This document shows, piece by piece, positions 55,369 to 64,000 of a DNA stretch of 64,000 nt (positions are counted from its first letter, which is position 1; the number at the start of each line of letters is the position of its first letter). The notes below the pieces were generated by a model that made no database searches, was not told the origin of the DNA, and was given only the letters and a program-made list of their open reading frames with translations. Source of the stretch: the human T2T-CHM13v2.0 reference genome, Homo sapiens; NCBI RefSeq assembly GCF_009914755.1, contig NC_060936.1. One strand, written 5' to 3'. The position numbers and the translations under genes were made by a program.

Positions 55369-56554
55369 AAAATCATGTTCAGTTGTCAGTAATTTTCTTC
55401 TTGGCTGCCATAGTTAAACAGGCCATAAAGAAACTTGAAGTCAGACTCAACTAGCATTTATTAAACAGAACTATTAAATATCAAGTATTGTGCTAGACTT
55501 TTCCACATAAATTGATAATTCTTATGACCAACCAGATTTGGAAACCACCCTGCAATGCTGGGCCACATAACTCCACAATGCTATGCCCAGTACCTTCAAT
55601 GATAGGACAGGCAACCTCCAAAAAAAAAGCCATCCATTTCATCGTGGCAAATTCTTCTATTAGCAAATTCTAATATTCTCTATTAGCAAATTCTTCTATA
55701 ATTAAACCAAAACTGTTTTCCAAAAAAGTCTATCCTAGCAACTCTTCTAGTATTACAAATGAGCCTTCTTCTCCCCTATATGAGAAAACAGCTATTCACA
55801 AATATGAAAAGTTACTATGTCTCCAACTTCCTGCAATTTAAACTTGTCTGCCCCATCCTTGATCTTTCTGGTAGCATTCCATCTTTTTCCTTCTTATAAT
55901 TTACAACTAATATATCATTTGTTTGTTCACTTTTTATAGCTTGGGTTCTTCACTAAACTAGGGCTCTGTAAGTCCAAGGATCATGTCTATTTTGTGCACC
56001 ATTGCACAGCCAGCATCTAAAACATAACAGGTACAATAAATATTTGATGAATAAATTAAAGAATAAATGATTTAGGTGCATATGCTTATAATCTTTGATT
56101 TATATCACCACACTCATTTTTAGAGATAGTGTCACAGGAGAAGAATAAGAGTTCCTCAATTAGCTGATCTCCTACATAGTAGGAAATCTCAGTAAATGGT
56201 TTTTAAGTGGATTTTTTAATGATAAAGATCAGCAGCATTTGTTTATTCTATAAATACATATATTGATTTTCTACAAAGTGCAAACAATGTACCAGACACT
56301 GATGATATAGTGGTGAGCAGAGTAGATACAGTCTTGCCCTCATGATGTGATAATGAAATTTAAGAGGTTACTATATAGAGAAGCAAAGTACACTATTTAT
56401 TGCAAGACAATTGCATTAAGTTCACATCCTCACATAGATCCAGCAGTGAGACATCCATCCCAGTCATCAGATAACAACTACAGCAAGGAAAAAGAAGATG
56501 GTAGGCCTCAATTTAAACAAGTAAATCATGGAGTTATAAAGCTGAGACATGAGT

Positions 56555-56792
56555 GGTCCAATTCATAAATGCAGAAAGTAGAATGGTGGTTGCCAGGGGC
56601 TAGAGGGATAGGAGAATGGGGATTTGTATTTAATGGGTATAGAATTCTACTTTGGGAAGACAAAAAGTTTTGGAGATGGATGATGGTAATGGTTGCACAA
56701 CGTTAATAGATGTAATGCCACCAAATTGTACACTGAAAAATAGTTACAATGATAAATTTTATATTGTGTATATTTTAACACCATAAAGAAAA
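56555..56792 (+). mobile_element. L1MB 3'UTR fragment
   Basis: CAGAAAGTAGAATGGTGGTTGCCAGGGGCT...TTTAATGGGTATAGA...GGTTGCACAAC...ATGCCACC. Confidence 0.82.
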
Positions 56793-57639
56793 CTACAAAA
56801 AGAACTGTGTCACACATGGCAGTTATATTTCAAACAATGTAGTAGTCATTTACCATGCACATGTACAGAACTCTGGGTCCTCGGTTTGTTTTTGAGTTCC
56901 ACGTGCACAAATATGGAGAAAAACTGCCAACAGCAGGAACTTCAAGTGAAGGAAGACAACCACATTTGACAAATGATGTATTATTATGTGACCAGTGAGA
57001 AACCTCAAGGATGCCGACAGCTCATTTTTTACTTAAATTTCTTTTCAGGAAAGCTCTCTAGGACTGTGAGACTCAGTAATTATTTTTTAATTCTCTCACC
57101 TCCAAAACACAAAGAAATTTTTACCCCTCAAGTTAAAAAGCTTAACTTTGAAAATATCCTAAGGACACAACTGCCAGAAATGACTTAAGGATTAAGTCAG
57201 AAAATACTGGAAAAGCTAATCGGAAAATGTTAACTCTGTCTGAACACTCCAACTGCCCTCAGACCCTTCTTCCCACAGGCACCAGGGAAAGAAAATTTAG
57301 AATCAAGATGCAGGTGGCATACAACTGAGGAGAAAACCTCCTTTCCTAATATAAAATGTAAGGCATACTGCAACAACATTCCTCCGAGCCCTTCTCAGAA
57401 TCAACCATCCTACCAATCATTCATACCGATAGCAAAACCAGAATAGTGTCACCGCCAAGCCAGTCAAACTGTCAACAACATTTATTATTGTGTGTACAGG
57501 GTACCAGTAAGTACCTGGTACCCTGATGAGACAAAAGGATGAGACAAAAGAAAAAGTCTCATCCTTTGCCCTTCGAGAGCTCATAATAGGAAGACTAATT
57601 ATTTCTGCCATACATGTAGAGCAGGGGAGTTGGAAGGCA

Positions 57640-57985
57640 ATGAAGAAAAGAGCGTGAGCTCTGCAGTGAGACAGATCAGTGATCTAATACCAACTCTATA
57701 ACTTTTTAGCTGTATGATCTTAATGATAATACATAGCTAAATTACTGAGGGCTTACCATGCACCAGGAAGTTTGGTCCATAATCCACCCCAGCTAATCTT
57801 CACAAGCCCTATAAAGTAAATACTATTAATGTTTCATACATAAACTCAAGTTATTTAATCTCCCTGAGCCTCAGTTTCCTTGAGGGGATGGAGGATTAAT
57901 ACCAACTTTATATCATTGTTTTGAAAGTTACATGAGTTAATGCGTAAAAAAAAAATAGCTTAAGATACTGTAGACTCTCAGTGAA
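57640..57985. mobile_element. Nested MIR fragments
   Basis: GAGCGTGAGCTCTGCAGTGAGACAGA...CTCCCTGAGCCTCAGTTTCC plus an antisense MIR piece (TACTGAGGGCTTACCATGCACCAGG). Confidence 0.65.
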
Positions 57986-59180
57986 TGAATACTGATACCA
58001 CTATTTAATTAAATGTCTATAAAATGGCACATATTTAGAAAAATTATTCCAAGAAAGCATTTTAGATATTCGTATTTTGTTATAAATAGTCTGAACTATT
58101 TGTAAATGCAATTTAATTCAGCAAGTATATGTATTCTTGCTATATACAAGATGCTGTGGCAGCTACTGCAATACGCACACCAATATATGACACAATTTTG
58201 GTCATTAAGGAGTTAGTAATCCAGGGAATTAATAACAGAATATATTCTATCTTAAAATTAACTCAACTAACCAAGACCTAAGAGTTGGCCACGTGGTGAA
58301 ATATTTTTATTCTGGAGTGTATTTTGTTATATTCTCCACCACTGTTTTGAACTGCAAGATGACTTTTTCCCTGAAAAATATAACTTTCTACAAGTTAAAT
58401 ACCAGGTTATCTCACTAAAGTATGGTTCCTCTTGTTTTTCACATCAATATAGCATATATTTTTATAAACAGCTGTACCAAGTGAACACTTGCTGATTTTC
58501 AATCATCAGTATGCAATTCACTCAATAAAAGAAAACAAGCAGCCAATATTCAGGCATTCTGTTTATAATGACAACCTAAACTGCCATTCAAGCTCAATAC
58601 TGTCTGTTATAATTATCAGAATGAGTGGAAACAAATGATCAATAATGGGAAAGCTTCTTATTCATCTCCCATGGCAATGTGCTTTCAATTCCTAGTGAGA
58701 TTTCCCAAGATATTTATGGAGAAATCTTCCCAGAACATTGATCTCAGCTGAAAATCTTATAGTTTGGGAGAATGCAGGGAATTTCCCCATGGAAATGGGG
58801 AGAGATATGATATAAGGTACTGGGCATTCCTGCAGTAAATGAGTACTGAGCATTTATAAAATGTTTGAGAGAATTGATAACATGGACACTGTAATTAATG
58901 TGCATTATAAAATATTTCCCATCCCTCCAGGTAAACTCCATCAAACTATAGTTTTAAAAGCAGTTAACATACTGGAATAACAATCATTAGTCAAAACCCA
59001 TTACATTTCATTGTGAAATCCCCAGTATTATTATTCTCCTTCATCTTTCCAGGAAAGAATAGCAATCCATGTATATGATTAAGTGATATCACCATTTATT
59101 CACACAAAATCAAGCAAAGGCTTAAAGACAGTATTTTTTTAATATATCTAGAAATGTCAGTTCAACTAAACTTAAAATTA

Positions 59181-60568
59181 ATATAGACCAATGGAGCAGA
59201 ACAGAGGCCTCAGAAATATCTACAACTATCTGCCACGTATCTACAACTATCTGATCTTTGACAAACCTCACAAAAATAAGAAATGGACAAAAGATTCCCT
59301 ATTTAATAAATGGTGCTGGGAAAACTGGCTAGCCATATGGAGAAAGCTGAAACTGGATCCCTTCCTTACACCTTATACAAAAATTAATTCAAGATGGATT
59401 AAAGACTTAAATGTTAGACCTAAAACCACAAAAACCCTAGAAGAAAACCTAGGCAATACCATTCAGGACATGGGCATGGGCAAGGACTTCATGTCTAAAA
59501 CAACAAAAGCAATGGCAACAAAAGCCAAAATTGACAAATGGGATCTCATTAAACTAAAGAGCTTCTGCACAGCAAAAGAAACTACCATCAGAATGAACAG
59601 GCAACCTACAAAATGGGAGAAAATTTTTGCTCTCTACTCATCTGACAAAGGGCTAATATCCAGAATCTACAATGAACTCAAACAAATTTATAAGAAAAAA
59701 ACAAACAACCCCATCAACAAGTGGGCAAAGGATATGAACAGACACTTCTCAAAAGAAGACATTTATGCAGCCAAAAGACACATGAAAAATTGCTCATCAT
59801 CACTGGCCATCAGAGAAACGCAAATCAAAACCACAATGAGATACCATCTCACACCAGTTAGAATGGCAATCATTAAAAAGTCAGGAAACAACAGGTGATG
59901 GAGAGGATGTGGAGAAATAGGAACACTTTTACACTGTTGGTGGGACTGTAAACTAGTTCAGCCATTGTGGAAGTCAGTGTGGCGATTCCTCAGGGATCTA
60001 GAACTAGAAATACCATTTGACCTAGCCATCCCATTACTGGGTATATACCCAAAGGATTATAAATCACGCTGCTATAAAGACACATGCACATGTATGTTTA
60101 TTGTGGCACTATTCACAATAGCAAAGACTTGGACCCAAATGTCCAACAATGATAGACTGGATTAAGAAAATGTGGCACATATACACCATGGAATACTATG
60201 CAGCCATAAAAAATGATGAGTTTATGTCCTTTGTAGGGACATAGATGAAGCTGGAAACCATCATTCTCAGCAAACTATCACAAGGACAAAAAACCAAACA
60301 CCGCGTGTTCTCACTCACAGGTGGGAATTCAACAATGGGAACACATGGACACAGGAAGGGGAACATCACACACCGGGGACTGTTGTGGGGTGGGGGGAGG
60401 GAGGGGGATAGCATTAGGAGATATACCTAATGTTAAATGACGAGTTAATGGGTGCAGCACACCAACATGGCACATGTATACATATGTAACAAACCTGCAC
60501 GTTGTGCACATGTACCCTAAAACTTAAAGTATAATAAAAAAATTTAAAAAAATAGAATAAAATAAAAC
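59181..60568 (+). mobile_element. 5'-truncated L1PA3/4-like element
   Basis: 235-aa ORF2 fragment ([34 protein letters not shown]), internal stop, 3'UTR GGAGATATACCTAATGTTAAATGACG...CCCTAAAACTTAAAG, A-rich tail; candidate TSD AAAATT(A/T)AT. Confidence 0.95.
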
Positions 60569-60685
60569 AAAATTTATGTTTTAAACCACAAATGATGCTT
60601 CTGATTCTTAAGTTTCCAATTTAATTATTTTCAATTTCTTAATATATTTTTATTCAATTTTAGTTTTATGCATTTCAATGCTCAA

Positions 60686-60773
60686 CATTCAGACTACCTC
60701 ACTATAAATATTGAAAGACAGTCTCATCATTCAGACTACCTCACTATAAATATTGAAAGACAGTCTCATCATT
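60686..60773. repeat. Perfect 42-bp tandem duplication
   Basis: CATTCAGACTACCTCACTATAAATATTGAAAGACAGTCTCAT twice (60686-60727, 60728-60769) plus CATT. Confidence 0.97.
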
Positions 60774-61495
60774 ATAGATTAAACTGATTCCAAATCGTCT
60801 CAACAGGATATTGAGAACTTACCTTTAACTGAAAATGTTTCATTTTATTAAGTTGATACTAAATGACTACAAATGCCAAGTTCTATACTGGTACTAGGCA
60901 CATAAAAATGACTTCAGAACATAGTAAGAAGGAGAAACACAAGAAAGACAAGAATTAAAATACAACGTGAAAACTGCCACACTAGTATTATCATACCAAT
61001 GCCCCACAGAAACACAGAGGGAATATGCCCTCATTACAGCCCCCATCCTTTCATTTCTACTGGGAAAAAATGGCGACCCTACACTTCCAAAGGAGGTAGT
61101 TTTGAGCTGAATATCAGGGGACAAATAATAGCTCACTAAGAAAACTTAAAAAGAATGAAAGAACATTCCAAGTAAAGAAAAATGTAAGACACAAAGCCCA
61201 AAGGTAGAAATGGGCATGGTGTTTTCAGAGAATGTCAATTAGTTGTGTCAATGAGTTGCAGCACAGATAACACTGGGATATGGACAGGGAGTCAGATAAT
61301 AAGGATGAAGGTGAAAATTATCTACCTACAAACCAAACTGTAAAGACTATTCTATTTCATGCTAAGGAGTTTATACTACAGGCAACAGCTACTCATTTAA
61401 GTTTTCTCTTTGTGTTTGAAAATGATTTCAGTGAAAACACCCCTTTACTCACTTCTCATTTACTGAAATGTACTGATTGAGCACCATTTCTCTGC

Positions 61496-61815
61496 CAGGA
61501 TTGGCAGATATCACAATGGCCAAAATTTTTCTGTAGCCTGGTTTTATATGGCCCACAAACTGAAAATAGTTTTTACATTTTTAAATGAATGAAAACAATC
61601 AAAGTAAGAATAATATTTCACGACACGTTTATATAAAATTTAAATTTTAGTGCCCCTAAATAAAGTTTTATTTGAACTCAGTTATATTCACTCCTTTGCC
61701 TATTGTCCATGGCTGCTTTTGTGATATGGTAGCAGAGATAAGTAGTTGCAATAGAGACAGTATGGTCTGCAAATCCTAGAACACTTACTAAAACAGAAAA
61801 AGGTTGCTAATTTCT
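61496..61815. mobile_element. MER58B-like hAT-Charlie element
   Basis: GTTTTTACATTTTTAAATG...AATAATATTTCACGACACG...TAAATAAAGTTTTATT..TATTGTCCATGGCTGCTTT...ACAGAAAAAGGTTGC. Confidence 0.8.
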
Positions 61816-61991
61816 ATACTAAATACTGGGAAAACAAGAGGTCTAATTATGGAGACGAACAGAGAAACAGATCTATACAATTCAGTATGATAAGTACTAT
61901 GGTACAAGTAATCTCATAATATTTGATTAGCAGATGCTTGGGACACATAGCCCAAATTGTGGGAAAGGACTCTAAATAAGGAAAGGCTTCT

Positions 61992-62190
61992 TTTTTTAAT
62001 TTTTTTTATTTTCAAAGGTTTTTGAGGAACAGATCGTGTTTGGTTACATGAATAAGTTCTTTAGTGGCAATTTGTGAGATTTTGGTGTACCCATCACCTG
62101 AGCAGTATATACTATACCCAATTTGTAGTCTTTTATCCCTCACCCCCTCCCACCCTTTCCCCCAAGACCCCAAAGTCCACTGCATCATTC
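61992..62190 (-). mobile_element. L1PB (L1PB1-like) 3' terminal ~200 bp
   Basis: Poly-T then GTTTGGTTACATGAATAAGTTCTTTAGTGG...CCCATCACCTGAGCAGT...CCCCAAAGTCCACTGCATCATTC. Confidence 0.85.
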
Positions 62191-62889
62191 TTTTTTTTTT
62201 TCTGTCTTTGTACAATATTTTATTAAAGATCTTTACAGAACAACATCCAGACTCCAGAATACAGCTGCCAAGGAGACCCTGTTACGCTGTGGGGACTGGC
62301 TGGGTGACGGCAGGCGGTTCTGGCTTCCCACCCTTCTGTTCTGAGATGGGGTGGTGTGCAGTATCTCATCTTTGGGTTCCACGATGCTCACGTGGTCAGG
62401 CAGGGGCTTCTTAGGGCCAGTCTTACCAGTTGGGTCCCAAGGCAGCATGATCTTCACCTTGATGCCCAGCACACCCTGTCTGAGCAACACATGGCACATG
62501 GCAGTGACAATGTAATAGTTAACACGGTCTCCGCTGTGGATCATCAGGCCATCCACAAAACTTCATGGATTTAGTCCTCCGTCCTCGGAGTTTCCCAGAC
62601 ACCATGACCTCACAGCCTTTGGCCCCACTCTCCATGATGAATTGCAACACACCATGGCAGGCCCTCCTCACAGCAAGCCCTCCTAGGAGCTTGTAACGCA
62701 GAGACTCTGCCTGGGCAATGGCACAGACCCCTAGCGGCCACCTTATCAGCATAAAGCTCTACACTGCCCTCTGGAAAACCAAACCTCTTCTCAACTGCAG
62801 CAGTCAGTTCCCCAACCCACTGGCCCTTCTCACCAAGAACATTCTGTGTTCTGGTGGCTAAGATAATGATTTCTGTCCTGGTTGGTGTA
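62191..62889 (-). pseudogene. RPS3: 5'-truncated processed pseudogene of 40S ribosomal protein S3 (uS3)
   Basis: Intronless minus-strand match [22 protein letters not shown]...[23 protein letters not shown]...[40 protein letters not shown]...QPVPTA* (TAA at 62282-62284), with frameshifts, 3'UTR, AATAAA (62219-62224) and poly-A (62191-62201). The symbol given is the parent gene. Confidence 0.96.
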
Positions 62890-64000
62890 AAGGAAAGGCT
62901 TCTAAAACTGGATTAGATAAAATTTAGAGACCAAGCGATGAAGAGCCTTACATGTCCTGCTAAAGACTTCCAATTTCATACTGAAGGCAACGGCAAGCCT
63001 TTGATGGGTTTTAAGAAGGTCTATGACATGATCAGTTTTATATTTTAAAATGGTGATCCTAGAAGAAATGTATATAATTATATGTAATGCCATTTTCTTC
63101 CATAGCAAACACAACACTGGGATGTAAGGATTATTTCCTCTAAGAAGAATTAATTATCATTCCTGTCAGGCAATCATTCACTTTTTCTCTCTTAATAAAA
63201 TAATAATAATAACAATAATAGCTAGTACTTTTTGAGTGTTACCATGTGCCAGGAACTTGCTAAGTGCTTCAGTGTATTAATTCATTCAATCCTCACTCAT
63301 ATAATCTGAGCAAGCAATTCTTGTCGAACTGGGTACTTAAAATAATGTAATTAGATTTAACCCTTTTCTGGATGAAAACCTTTCTAGTGCTCAAATCACA
63401 TATTCTTGTCTGCTCTTAGGCAAATGTACTGAACAGCTGTAGCATAAACTTTAACTCCCTTCGTCAAGCAAGACAGATAGTTACATAATCACTCGTTTAT
63501 CCACTCCGATTATTGACTGAGTGTCTATCATGTGCCAGTAACTGTGCTGGGAAGATATGAGTGTATACCAGCAAGTAGTTCTCATTCCCAGGGGTTCCCA
63601 TGGCTGAATGAGGGGAGCAACCATACCAGCAATCACAAACCTGAACCACAGTCACTGTTTCCCCCTCTGCCTAGGATTATACTGTTGGATACATCTAATA
63701 TTTGAAATTCTTATTAAAATATTTACCTACTAAGCAGTTTTGTGAGTTGATGTTCTGGTAAGAGAGAGAAAAAGACAGTGAGAGACAAAGAGAATCAATG
63801 AGCATTAGTGATGAAAATGAAGCCAAGAAAGACAGAAATCACGGGTTCATAGAGAGCCAAGGATTGGTATTTCGGCCTGTTTTCCAATAGCAAAATGAAT
63901 GAAATAACAATGGATTGTTACCTGGAGTAACTAGGTTGGAAGTGGAGGGAAAGGGGCTTAGTGAGGGGAGGGTGAACAGCTACTGTGTGGACAAGAGGTG

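Noticed and set aside
59191-59898. 235-aa ORF, the longest in the track
   Set aside because: L1 ORF2 C-terminal fragment of a truncated L1PA with no promoter.
60815-60835. Minus-strand AAG|GTAAGT donor
   Set aside because: No convincing acceptor or open exon upstream; expected by chance.
62233-62752. RPS3-like ORFs as a functional gene
   Set aside because: N-terminal region missing, frameshifts, no introns, poly-A and TSD present: a processed pseudogene.

Overview
AT-rich, CpG-poor hominoid genomic DNA (human-like: it carries both AluY and SVA) that is either intergenic or deep intronic. I found no intact protein-coding gene. The ORF-track entries I could assign are L1 ORF2 debris, Alu/SVA/L2 reading frames or pieces of an RPS3 processed pseudogene; the rest are short ORFs with no recognisable product. 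The window is a layered record of transposons: several L1PA/L1PB/L1M fragments, a full-length old-type SVA (SVA_A-like) with a perfect TSD, AluY/AluSc/AluJ/FAM, MaLR and ERVL solo LTRs, hAT MITEs (MER1A, MER5, MER58B), L2 and MIR. I cannot support a new biological system. The most unusual structures are: (i) an RPS3 retrocopy fused to an L1PB 3' end inside a single 14-bp TSD; (ii) a 103-nt fold-back hairpin made by inverted duplication inside an MST LTR; (iii) a perfect 11-nt U1-complementary donor that is also an AG|GTAAGT recursive-splice-like site; (iv) a MER5 whose two TIRs carry mirrored mutations; and (v) several informative retrotransposition junctions (twin priming, a three-arm Alu, an L1-L1 fusion, microhomology truncations). 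Subfamily calls rest on recalled consensus motifs and need RepeatMasker/Dfam confirmation.
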